From assembly GCF_014251775.1 (NCBI RefSeq), contig NZ_CP059199.1, positions 450,001-482,000 of the forward strand: a stretch of 32,000 bases of DNA. Reading direction: 5' to 3'. Made by a program: the position numbers and the translations under genes. This DNA is from Candidatus Saccharimonadota bacterium. GTDB taxonomy: Bacteria; Bacteroidota; Bacteroidia; Flavobacteriales; Blattabacteriaceae. Below, in pieces: positions 1-8,285 of the stretch (the first letter of the stretch is position 1; each line of letters starts with the position of its first letter). The notes under the pieces are model-generated. The model was not told where the DNA came from, searched no databases, and saw nothing but the letters and a program-made list of their open reading frames with translations.

Positions 1-307
1 CTCCTATTACTACTCTAGGTATATTATTTTTTATGATTAAATCAACACAAGGTGGTGTATTACCAATATGTACACATGGTTCTAACGTAACATAAAGAGT
101 GGATTCTAACAATAAAAAACAATTTTTGATTTTATTAATTGCTATTACTTCTGCATGTGCTTCTCCATATTTATAATGCCAACCTTCTGAAAGAATTCTA
201 CCTTTATGTTCAATTACACAACCCACCATGGGGTTAGGTGATACATTACCTAATCCATTTTTAGCTAGTTGAATAGCTCTTTCCATAAAAGATTTTTTAA
301 TTTTCAT
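1..307 (-). CDS. ribD: Riboflavin biosynthesis protein RibD, N-terminal deaminase domain (partial, runs off the window's left edge)
   Basis: My translation of the minus strand from the ATG at 307 gives MKIKKSFMERAIQLAKNGLGNVSPNPMVGCVIEHKGRILSEGWHYKYGEAHAEVIAINK...TLEPCVHIGNTPPCVDLIIKNNIPRVVIG. This contains the cytidine/dCMP-deaminase zinc motifs HAE and PC...PPC typical of RibD. The frame stays open to position 1. It is not in the supplied ORF track because it is truncated. Confidence 0.85.
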   Translation of the reverse strand, partial: MKIKKSFMERAIQLAKNGLGNVSPNPMVGCVIEHKGRILSEGWHYKYGEAHAEVIAINKIKNCFLLLESTLYVTLEPCVHIGNTPPCVDLIIKNNIPRVVIG

Positions 308-326
308 TATTTCAAAAATAATTATT

Positions 327-1097
327 TTATGAATTCCATATTTTCCAAGAATATTCTGCTTGAATATATAACATATCTAATCCATTTTTAATTAGAGCAC
401 CTTTTTTTTCACCTTGTTTTAAAAAAAGTGTTTTAGAAGGATTATATATAAGATCATAAAAAATATGATTATTAGATATATATTGATATGGAATTAATGG
501 ACAACAATTTATATTAGGATGAGTACCTAAAGGGGTGCAATTAATAATTATTTTATATTCATCTAATATTTCTTTATTAATTTCGTTGTATAATAATACA
601 TTATCTTCTATACTATTTCTGGATACAAATTTATGTTTTATATCTAATTTATGTAAAACATATGAAACTGTTTTTGAAGCACCACCAGTTCCTAATATTA
701 ATGCTTTTAAATATTTATAATCTTTAATTATTCTAATAAATTTTTCAAAAGATTTTTTGAATCCTAAAATATCTGTATTATATCCTATTTTTTTATTTTT
801 TTCTATGTTAATTACATTTATAGATCCAATTAATCTAGCCTCTTTATCAATTTTATCCAAAAAAGGAAAAATTTTTATTTTATAAGGAATAGTAACGTTA
901 CAACCCCTTAAAAAGGGCTTATTTAAGATAGAAATAACGTCTTCTATTTTTGGAATATCAAAAATTATATAATCACAATTTTTGATAAATTCTTTTTTAA
1001 ATTTTTTTATAAAATATTCTCTTGAAAAAGAATATTGTATATTTCTTCCGATTAATCCAAATATAAATTTATTTTTTATAAATTCATTATTTTTCAT
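327..1097 (-). CDS. aroE: Shikimate 5-dehydrogenase
   Basis: 256 aa. Motifs: FGLIGRNIQYSFS (substrate-binding N-terminus), NVTIPYK (catalytic Lys), NTD (catalytic Asp), and LILGTGGASK (Rossmann glycine loop). Overlaps the rpsU 3' end by 11 nt. Confidence 0.9.
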   Translation of the reverse strand: MKNNEFIKNKFIFGLIGRNIQYSFSREYFIKKFKKEFIKNCDYIIFDIPKIEDVISILNKPFLRGCNVTIPYKIKIFPFLDKIDKEARLIGSINVINIEKNKKIGYNTDILGFKKSFEKFIRIIKDYKYLKALILGTGGASKTVSYVLHKLDIKHKFVSRNSIEDNVLLYNEINKEILDEYKIIINCTPLGTHPNINCCPLIPYQYISNNHIFYDLIYNPSKTLFLKQGEKKGALIKNGLDMLYIQAEYSWKIWNS

Positions 1098-1284
1098 CTT
1101 TCATTTTCATACGTTCTCTATGTATAGCTCTTAATATTTCGTTTCTTCTATATTCTGATGGTTTGACATATTGTTGTTTATCCCTAATCTCTTTTAAAAC
1201 ATGAGTTTTATCAAATTTTTTTTTACTTTTTTTTAAAGCTTTTTCAATAGATTCACCTTCTCTTAAAGTAGTAATTAATATCAT
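1087..1284 (-). CDS. rpsU: 30S ribosomal protein S21
   Basis: 65 aa basic protein with ...EGESIEKALKKSKKKFDKTHVLKEIRDKQQYVKPSEYRR..., characteristic of bacterial S21. Confidence 0.9.
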   Translation of the reverse strand: MILITTLREGESIEKALKKSKKKFDKTHVLKEIRDKQQYVKPSEYRRNEILRAIHRERMKMKDEK

Positions 1285-1323
1285 ATTTTTAAAATCAAAA
1301 TAAATAAATAATAATTTATTATA

Positions 1324-1398
1324 TGGACATTATCGGATTTGAACCGACGACCTCTACCATGTCAAAGTAGTGCTCTAAACCTACTGAGCTAAATGTCC
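1324..1398 (-). tRNA. tRNA-Val (anticodon GAC), no encoded CCA
   Basis: Manual cloverleaf on the minus strand: acceptor GGACATT/AATGTCC, D-arm GCTC-AGTAGGTTTA-GAGC, anticodon stem CTACT/GGTAG with loop TTGACAT (anticodon GAC), T-arm GTCGG-TTCAAAT-CCGAT, discriminator A. Total 75 nt. The bases after the discriminator are TAT, not CCA. Confidence 0.9.
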
Positions 1399-1409
1399 AA
1401 ATTTTACAA

Positions 1410-1417
1410 CAAAAATA
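1410..1417 (-). promoter_or_regulatory. Possible Bacteroidetes-type -7 promoter box (TAnnTTTG) for tRNA-Val-rpsU-aroE-ribD
   Basis: The minus strand reads TATTTTTG, ending 11 nt upstream of the mature tRNA 5' end, and matches the Bacteroidetes -7 consensus TAnnTTTG. No clear -33 TTTG partner was seen. Chance matches are likely in DNA this AT-rich. Confidence 0.2.
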
Positions 1418-1447
1418 AGTATTTTTCTATAAAAAAAATTATTTATA

Positions 1448-3490
1448 ATGTCCTATAACAATATTTTACAAAAATCTTTAAAATATTTAAAAGGATTGAA
1501 TTCTAAGAAAAATTTTCTTCTTAAAAAAGAATTAAATCTTTATACATATGAAGATTTAATTCTTTTTTATCCAAAAGGATATCTTATAGTTTCTTTAAAA
1601 AGAATATCAGAATTATCTAATTATAACAATTCTTTTGTTCAAATAATAGGAAAAATAATAAAAATAAAAGAAATTATAAAAAAAAATAAAAAAGAAAAAA
1701 TACTAATAGCTTTATTAAAAGATAATACTGGATATATTGAGTTAGTATGGTTTAAAAAAATAAATATTTTAAAAAGTTTTAAAAAAAATATTATAGTAAC
1801 TGTTTTGGGAAGATTAACAAAATTTCAAGATAAAAATCAAATTATTCATCCAAAAATAAAAAAAATTAATTCTAAAGACAAAATTAATTCTATATATCCA
1901 ATCTATAAAATATCTGAAAATTTAAAAAAAAAAGGAATTAAAAATAATTTTATTAATAAATTAGTATATAATGCAATAAAAGAATTATTTAATAATAAAA
2001 ATGGATTAAAAGAATTTATATTTAAAAATATAGTTAATGAAAAAAACAATAAATTAATATCCAAAAAAGAAGCTATAATTCAAATTCATTTTCCAAAATC
2101 TATAGATAAATTGCAAAAAGCAAAATATTCTTTAAAATTTGAAGAATTTTTTTGGTTAAGATTATTTTTTTTAAGAAAAAAAAATATAATAGTATATAAA
2201 AAAAATTTTTTAAAAATAGGTAATAATTTTAAATCCTTTTATAAAAATTATTTACCATTTAATTTGACTGTGGATCAAAAAAATGCATTGAAAGAAATAT
2301 GGAGTGATTTAAAAAAACCAATCCAAATGAATAGATTATTGCAAGGTGATGTTGGAAGTGGAAAAACTATAATTGCCATATTAACAATACTATTAGCATT
2401 AGATAATGGATTTCAATCTTGTTTAATGGCCCCTACTGAAGTTTTAGCAATTCAACATTATAATTATATAAATAAAATGCTTTCTAAAATAGGAATAAAT
2501 ATAGCATTATTAACCGGATCTACTTCATCTTCTAATCGAAAGAAGATTCATCAAATGATATTGGATGGAAAAATATCTATTTTAATTGGAACACATACTT
2601 TGATACAAAAAAATATAATTTTTAAAAATTTAGGACTTGCAATAATTGATGAACAACAACGATTTGGAGTGGAACAAAGAGAAGCAATTTATAAAAATAA
2701 TAAATTTCCCCATATATTAATAATGACTGCCACACCTATTCCTAGAACTTTAGCAAAAGTTATTCATCAAAATTTAAATATTTCTATTATAAAAAAATTA
2801 CCTATAGGAAGAAAACCTATAAAAACTTTACATTTTTGGAATGAAAATAAAGAAAAAGTTTTCAAAATAATAAATGATCAAATTACAAAAGGAAGACAAA
2901 TTTATATAGTTTATCCAACTATAAATAAAGGAAAAAATCAATATAAAAATTTATTAATAGGATATCAAGAAATAATAAAAAAATTTCATCATTTAAACAA
3001 AAATCAAATTGGAATTTTACATGGAAAAATGAATCCTAAAGAAAAAAAATTGCAAATAAATAATTTTTTTCAAGGAAAAACTAAAATAATGGTTACTACT
3101 ACGATTATAGAAGTAGGAATAGACATTCCTAATGTATCAGTAATTTTGATAGAAAATGCAAATGTTTTTGGTTTATCTCAATTGCATCAATTAAGAGGTA
3201 GGGTAGGTAGAGGAATACATCAAAGTTATTGTATATTATTATCAGAAAAAAAAATTAATTCTGATGGATATATTAGAATTAATAAAATGTGCCGAATAAA
3301 TGATGGATTAGAAATAGCTAAAGAAGATTTAAAATTGCGTGGGGGAGGAAATTTAACAGGAACACAACAAAGCGGAAAAAATTATCTATTTATAAATTTC
3401 TTTAAAGATTATAATTTAATCAAAGAAGTTATTTATACCACTAACAAATTTTTAGAAAAAAACTCCAATTATACAAAATTACAATCCTGA
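1448..3490 (+). CDS. recG: ATP-dependent DNA helicase RecG
   Basis: 680 aa. Motifs: GDVGSGKT (Walker A), MAPTEVLAIQH, IIDEQQRFGV (motif II), MTATPIPRTL, TTIIEVGIDIPN...QLHQLRGRVGRG, and the TRG-like DLKLRGGGNLTGTQQSG. TGA stop. Confidence 0.92.
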   Translation: MSYNNILQKSLKYLKGLNSKKNFLLKKELNLYTYEDLILFYPKGYLIVSLKRISELSNYNNSFVQIIGKIIKIKEIIKKNKKEKILIALLKDNTGYIELVWFKKINILKSFKKNIIVTVLGRLTKFQDKNQIIHPKIKKINSKDKINSIYPIYKISENLKKKGIKNNFINKLVYNAIKELFNNKNGLKEFIFKNIVNEKNNKLISKKEAIIQIHFPKSIDKLQKAKYSLKFEEFFWLRLFFLRKKNIIVYKKNFLKIGNNFKSFYKNYLPFNLTVDQKNALKEIWSDLKKPIQMNRLLQGDVGSGKTIIAILTILLALDNGFQSCLMAPTEVLAIQHYNYINKMLSKIGINIALLTGSTSSSNRKKIHQMILDGKISILIGTHTLIQKNIIFKNLGLAIIDEQQRFGVEQREAIYKNNKFPHILIMTATPIPRTLAKVIHQNLNISIIKKLPIGRKPIKTLHFWNENKEKVFKIINDQITKGRQIYIVYPTINKGKNQYKNLLIGYQEIIKKFHHLNKNQIGILHGKMNPKEKKLQINNFFQGKTKIMVTTTIIEVGIDIPNVSVILIENANVFGLSQLHQLRGRVGRGIHQSYCILLSEKKINSDGYIRINKMCRINDGLEIAKEDLKLRGGGNLTGTQQSGKNYLFINFFKDYNLIKEVIYTTNKFLEKNSNYTKLQS

Positions 3491-3496
3491 TAAGGA

Positions 3497-3512
3497 TTTT
3501 TTTATAAAAAAA
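3497..3512. repeat. A/T-only perfect palindrome T7-AT-A7 in the 26-bp recG-uvrD spacer
   Basis: tttttttataaaaaaa equals its own reverse complement. It lies 7 nt after the recG stop and ends 4 nt before the uvrD ATG. Confidence 0.5.
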
Positions 3513-3516
3513 ATAT

Positions 3517-5685
3517 ATGGAAATAAATTTCCCAAATTTAAATAAAATTCAAAAAAAAATAATTAAAACTATTGATGGATCTATATTAGTAATTGCAGGA
3601 GCTGGATCAGGTAAAACTAGGGTCATAACATATCGTATTATACATATGATCAATAATTTAGGAATAAAACCTGAAAATATATTAGCATTAACTTTTACAA
3701 AGAAATCTTCAAAAGAAATGAAAGATCGTATATATAATATAATACAAGATAAATCAATAATAAATAAGTTAACAATAGGGACATTTCATTCTATTTTCTC
3801 TAAAATATTAAGAAAAGAATCAGATTTTATTAAAATTAGTTCAAATTATACTATTTATGATCAAAAAAACTCAGAAAATATAATAAAAAATATATTAGAA
3901 GATCTAAACTTAGATAAGTTATTTAAAATAAAGGATATATTGAAAATAATATCTAATTATAAAAATAATTTATTTTTTTCAAAAAAAAAAATAAATCTTA
4001 AAGAACCTTTAAAAAATATATATGATATTTATATAAAGAAATGTTATATATCTCAATCATTAGATTTTGACGATATATTATTATATACTAATTATCTATT
4101 TTATAGATTTCCAAATATACTTGAAAAGTATCAAAATATATTCAAATATATTTTGATTGATGAATATCAAGATACTAATCTATCTCAAAATAACATTATA
4201 AAATTTTTATATAAAAAACATAAAAATATTTTTGCAGTAGGAGATGATGCTCAAAGCATTTATACTTTTAGAGGTGCTAATATATCAAATATTCTTAATT
4301 TTCATATTGAATATCCAAAATCAAAAATATTTTATTTAGAACAAAATTATCGTTCAACTAATTATATCGTACAAGCTGCTAATAATATTATATCATTTAA
4401 CAAAAGTCAAATCCAAAAGAAAACGTGGACAGATAATGAAAATGGGGAAAAGATCAGAATATATTGTGCTTCTTCAGATAAAGAAGAAGCACAATATATA
4501 GTTAACTCTATAAATATTATAATAAAATATAAACAATATAAATATAAAGATTTTGCAGTTTTTTATAGAACAAATTACCAATCTTATATTATAGAATATG
4601 TTTTTAAAAAAAATAAAATTCCATATAAAATATATGGAAATATATCATTAGATAAAAGAAAAGAAGTAAGAGATTTATTATCATATTTAAAAATTGTAAT
4701 AAACCCTAATGATCAAGAGTCATTATTAAGAATTCTTAAGAATAAAATATCTAATAAAAAAATAATTAATTTTTTATTAAAATTAACATCCAAAAATAAT
4801 AATATCTTTAATATTATTAATAAAATTGAATCTTACAATGAAATAAAAATCAATTCTAAAAAAATTAAAAATATTAAAAATATTTTTAATATTATTGAAA
4901 AACTTCATTTAAAAATAGAAGAAAAAAATGCATATGAAATAATAAAAAATATAATTCATTTAATTCTTTCACAAAAGAAAAATAGTCATGATAAAAATAA
5001 GTTAGAAAATAATCAATTATATCATTTTTTTTTACAAGAATCTAAGTCCAATAAAAACATTCATTTATCTGAATTTTTGCAGAATTTTTATTTTGAAGAA
5101 ATAGAACAAAAAATAAAAATAGATAATAAAAATACGAATGATGATAAAAATAATAAAGTTTCATTAATGACCGTACATTTATCAAAAGGACTAGAATTTT
5201 ATGTGACTTTTATCACTGGATTAGAAGAAAATATTTTTCCATCCAAATCAAAAATGAATTTGAAAAATTCATTAAAACAAATAGAAGAAGAACGACGATT
5301 ATTTTATGTAGCTATAACTAGAGCAAAAAAAATAACATTTTTAACATATGCTAAATCAAGATTTATATGGGGAAGAAAAAAAATAAATCCACCTAGTCGA
5401 TTTATTAAAGAAATAAATAAAAATTTAATTTCTTTTGAGACTAAAATCAGTGATCATATTAATAATTTTACTCATAAAAAAAAATCTTTAAAAGAAATAA
5501 ATAATCAATATAATTTCAATTCAAATTTAAATATTTTTAAAAAAGGATACAAAGTTTTCCATCCCAAATTTGGAGAAGGAATTATATTATTTTTACAGAA
5601 AAAAAATACAATTGCTACTATAAAATTTAAACAATTTGGAGAAAAAAAAATTTTATTAAGCTTAAATAAACTTATTGTTACCTAA
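3517..5685 (+). CDS. uvrD: UvrD/PcrA/Rep-family SF1 DNA helicase
   Basis: 722 aa. Motifs: AGAGSGKT, LALTFTKKSSKEM, LIDEYQDTN, AVGDDAQSIYTFRGA, QNYRST, TVHLSKGLEF, RRLFYVAITRAKK, and a C-terminal V-F-H-P-K-F-G-E-G Tudor-like tail. The 2B region is expanded with N/K-rich low-complexity sequence. Confidence 0.9.
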   Translation: MEINFPNLNKIQKKIIKTIDGSILVIAGAGSGKTRVITYRIIHMINNLGIKPENILALTFTKKSSKEMKDRIYNIIQDKSIINKLTIGTFHSIFSKILRKESDFIKISSNYTIYDQKNSENIIKNILEDLNLDKLFKIKDILKIISNYKNNLFFSKKKINLKEPLKNIYDIYIKKCYISQSLDFDDILLYTNYLFYRFPNILEKYQNIFKYILIDEYQDTNLSQNNIIKFLYKKHKNIFAVGDDAQSIYTFRGANISNILNFHIEYPKSKIFYLEQNYRSTNYIVQAANNIISFNKSQIQKKTWTDNENGEKIRIYCASSDKEEAQYIVNSINIIIKYKQYKYKDFAVFYRTNYQSYIIEYVFKKNKIPYKIYGNISLDKRKEVRDLLSYLKIVINPNDQESLLRILKNKISNKKIINFLLKLTSKNNNIFNIINKIESYNEIKINSKKIKNIKNIFNIIEKLHLKIEEKNAYEIIKNIIHLILSQKKNSHDKNKLENNQLYHFFLQESKSNKNIHLSEFLQNFYFEEIEQKIKIDNKNTNDDKNNKVSLMTVHLSKGLEFYVTFITGLEENIFPSKSKMNLKNSLKQIEEERRLFYVAITRAKKITFLTYAKSRFIWGRKKINPPSRFIKEINKNLISFETKISDHINNFTHKKKSLKEINNQYNFNSNLNIFKKGYKVFHPKFGEGIILFLQKKNTIATIKFKQFGEKKILLSLNKLIVT

Positions 5686-5873
5686 AAATAAAATATTAAC
5701 TTTTCATCCAATCGTTCAGATTACATAATACATATATTAAGATCAATAAATTTTCTATATATAAAAAATATTTTATATCGCTAATACCAAAAAATTAAAG
5801 TAATAATTTTTGAAAAAATTACTGAATATTAAAATATCGTATTTGAAATATATATTATAAATAATAATACATC

Positions 5874-5905
5874 AACATACAATCATTAAGTATATGATTG
5901 ATGTT
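5874..5905. other. Imperfect hairpin (12 bp stem, 1-nt bulge, 7-nt loop) inside the 289-bp uvrD-murA spacer
   Basis: aacat-a-caatcat [taagtat] atgattg-atgtt. I checked the pairing base by base: 5874-5878 pairs with 5901-5905, 5880-5886 pairs with 5894-5900, and a5879 is bulged. There are 3 G-C pairs. No U-tract follows on either strand. Confidence 0.35.
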
Positions 5906-5974
5906 CATTTAGAATAATTTAAATTCTTAATTAAGAAAAAATAATATTTTAAAAAACTTTAAGTTATATAAAAA

Positions 5975-7300
5975 ATGGGTATTTTTAAAATAAAGGGTGG
6001 AAAATCTTTAAAAGGTAAAATAACTCCACAAGGATCAAAAAATGAATCTTTACAAATATTGTGTGCGTCATTGCTAACTTCGGATAAAATTAGAATTAAA
6101 AATATTCCAGAAATAGGAGATGTTACATGTTTAATTAAAATCATTAAAAATTTAGGAGTAATAGTAGAGAAAAATGGAACAGGAGATTATACCTTTCAAT
6201 CAAAAGATATAAATATTGAATATTTAAAAACAAAAAGTTTTCATAAAAAGTATGGAAATTCGATTAGAGGATCTATAATGATCGCAGGACCAATATTAAC
6301 TCGATTTAAAAAAGTTTGGATTCCAATTCCTGGAGGAGATCGAATTGGACGTAGAAGATTAGATGCCCATTTAAATGGATTAAAATCGTTAGGTGCAGAT
6401 ATTATTCATCAAAATGAAGGGGAATATGATGAATATTTTTATTTAAAAACTAGAAAAAAAATATTAATTGGTAGGTATATTTTAATGGAAGAAGCTTCAA
6501 TAACAGGAACTGCAAATATAATAATGGCAGCAACTTTAGCTAAAGGGGTAACTATCATATATAATGCTGCATGTGAACCATATATTCAACAATTATGCAA
6601 TTTTTTGAATAAAATAGGAGCAAAAATAACTGGAATTGGAACTAATTTAATAAAAGTAATAGGGGTTAAACAACTAAAAGGAGGTACTCATACAATACTT
6701 CCAGATATGGTAGAAATTGGTAGTTGGATTGGATTAGCAGCTGTTACTTCTTCTGAAATAAGAATAAAAAATGTTAATTGGAGTAATTTAGGAATTATTC
6801 CAAATATTTTTAAAAAAATGGGGATAAAAATAAAAAAAGAAGAAAATGATATTTTTATTCCAGCACAAAAATCTTATGAAATTAAAAAATTATTAAATAA
6901 TGCAATATTAACGATATCAGATGCTCCATGGCCTGGTTTGACTCCAGATTTACTAAGTATACTAATTGTAGTTGCTACTCAAGCAAAAGGAAGTGTTTTG
7001 ATTCATCAAAAAATGTTTGAAAGTAGATTATTTTTTGTAGATAAATTAATAGAAATGGGAGCACAAATAATATTATGTGATCCTCATAGAGCAACAATAA
7101 TTGGATTAAATCATCAATCATATTTACGTGGTGCAATATTAAATTCTCCAGATATAAGAGCAGGAATATCTTTGCTTATAGCAGCACTTTCTGCTAAAGG
7201 TATCAGTATAATTAAAAATGTAGAACAAATAGATAGAGGATATGAAAATATAGATGAAAGATTAAGAAAATTAGGGGCTAAGATATTAAGAATTAAATAA
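5975..7300 (+). CDS. murA: UDP-N-acetylglucosamine 1-carboxyvinyltransferase
   Basis: 441 aa. Motifs: KIKGGKSLKGKITPQGSKNESLQILCASLL (Lys22 region), PGGDRIGRRRLD (active-site loop with Asp at the Cys115 position), SPDIRAGISLLIAAL, and IDRGYENIDERLRKLGA. Confidence 0.95.
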   Translation: MGIFKIKGGKSLKGKITPQGSKNESLQILCASLLTSDKIRIKNIPEIGDVTCLIKIIKNLGVIVEKNGTGDYTFQSKDINIEYLKTKSFHKKYGNSIRGSIMIAGPILTRFKKVWIPIPGGDRIGRRRLDAHLNGLKSLGADIIHQNEGEYDEYFYLKTRKKILIGRYILMEEASITGTANIIMAATLAKGVTIIYNAACEPYIQQLCNFLNKIGAKITGIGTNLIKVIGVKQLKGGTHTILPDMVEIGSWIGLAAVTSSEIRIKNVNWSNLGIIPNIFKKMGIKIKKEENDIFIPAQKSYEIKKLLNNAILTISDAPWPGLTPDLLSILIVVATQAKGSVLIHQKMFESRLFFVDKLIEMGAQIILCDPHRATIIGLNHQSYLRGAILNSPDIRAGISLLIAALSAKGISIIKNVEQIDRGYENIDERLRKLGAKILRIK

Positions 7301-7320
7301 AATGATAATATTTATTTGTT

Positions 7321-7815
7321 ATGAAAGAAATAAAAAAATTTGAATATATAACTAAAGAAGGATTAAAAAAATTAAAAGAAAAAATAGAAAAATTGGAAAA
7401 TATAGAAAGATCTCAAATATCTTTACAAATAGCTGAAGCTAGAGATAAAGGAGACTTATCAGAAAACGCTGAATATGATGCAATTAAAGAAAAACAAATT
7501 TTATTAGAAATGAATATAGCTAAATTAAAAGAAAAATTATCTAATGCAAGAATTATAGATGAAAAAAAAATAAATAAAACTAGAGTTTCTATATTATCTA
7601 CTATTAGATTAAGGAATCTAACTAATGGGATTGAACAAAAATATACTTTAGTTCCTGAAGATGAAGCCGATTTAAAATCTGGAAAAATATCTATTAACAC
7701 TCCTATATCTTTAGGATTATTAGGAAAACAAGTAGGGGATATAGCACATATAAAATTACCTAATAATATGTCGTTAAGTTATGAAATATTAAAAATTGAA
7801 TTTAATGAGAAATAA
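7321..7815 (+). CDS. greA: Transcription elongation factor GreA
   Basis: 164 aa. The coiled-coil tip EARDKGDLSENAEYDAIKEKQ carries the conserved acidic residues. The C-terminal globular domain has ...ISINTPISLGLLGKQVGD.... Confidence 0.93.
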   Translation: MKEIKKFEYITKEGLKKLKEKIEKLENIERSQISLQIAEARDKGDLSENAEYDAIKEKQILLEMNIAKLKEKLSNARIIDEKKINKTRVSILSTIRLRNLTNGIEQKYTLVPEDEADLKSGKISINTPISLGLLGKQVGDIAHIKLPNNMSLSYEILKIEFNEK

Positions 7816-8209
7816 TATATTTATTGATATAATAAAAAATAAAATTCCTTGCTATAAAATAGCAGAAGATGCTGATCATATATCTTTTTTAGATATTTCT
7901 CCATTAAAAATCGGACATACCCTAGTTATTCCAAAAAATATTTATAGAGATAAAATTTTCTCTATTCCAGAAAAGAATTTTATTTCTATAATGATTTTTT
8001 CTAGAAAAGTTGCAATAGGAATAGAACAAGCTATTAATTGTAATCGAGTTGGAGTATTTATTATGGGATTTGAAATTCCTCATATTCATGTTCATTTAAT
8101 TCCAATGGATCAAGAATCTGATGCTGATTTTTCAAAGAAAAGAATAAATTTATCTACAAAAAAATTTAATTATTTATCAAAAAAAATAAGTAATTATATA
8201 AATCTATAA
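7805..8209 (+). CDS. HIT-family (histidine triad) nucleotide hydrolase/transferase
   Basis: Histidine triad PHIHVHLIP. The N-terminus reads IFIDIIKNKIPCYKIAEDADHISFLDISPLKIGHTLVIPK. The ORF track starts at a TTG at 7796; I prefer the in-frame ATG at 7805. Either start overlaps the greA 3' end. Confidence 0.85.
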   Translation: MRNNIFIDIIKNKIPCYKIAEDADHISFLDISPLKIGHTLVIPKNIYRDKIFSIPEKNFISIMIFSRKVAIGIEQAINCNRVGVFIMGFEIPHIHVHLIPMDQESDADFSKKRINLSTKKFNYLSKKISNYINL

Positions 8210-8285
8210 TAATAGATATTTTTTTTATTAAAATTTTTTAATAATAAAATTATATTATAAATAATTGATATTAAATTAATTAAAA

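Noticed and set aside
535-720. 61-aa plus-strand ORF antisense to aroE
   Set aside because: It lies entirely inside a well-supported aroE CDS on the other strand. The sequence is low-complexity I/L/N/S-rich with no recognisable motif. It is the expected by-product of AT-rich codons read in antisense.
2648-2659. RecG motif II reads DEQQ instead of the usual DEQH
   Set aside because: This is a single conservative change in an otherwise fully intact helicase, with all other motifs present. There is not enough basis to claim altered function.
5894-5917. Mini-ORF MIDVHLE inside the uvrD-murA spacer hairpin
   Set aside because: It has only 7 codons and no translation signals. It overlaps the 3' arm of the hairpin and is indistinguishable from chance.
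5924-5937. 14-bp perfect palindrome ttcttaattaagaa as a possible operator upstream of murA
   Set aside because: Short A/T-dominated palindromes are expected by chance at this base composition. No second copy is present in the window and no cognate regulator is evident.
5959-6144. 61-aa minus-strand ORF overlapping the murA start
   Set aside because: It is antisense to the highly conserved MurA N-terminus and has no motif. Spurious.
7413-7700. 95-aa minus-strand ORF inside greA
   Set aside because: It is antisense to greA. Its hydrophobic low-complexity translation is typical of an antisense Lys/Glu-rich gene.
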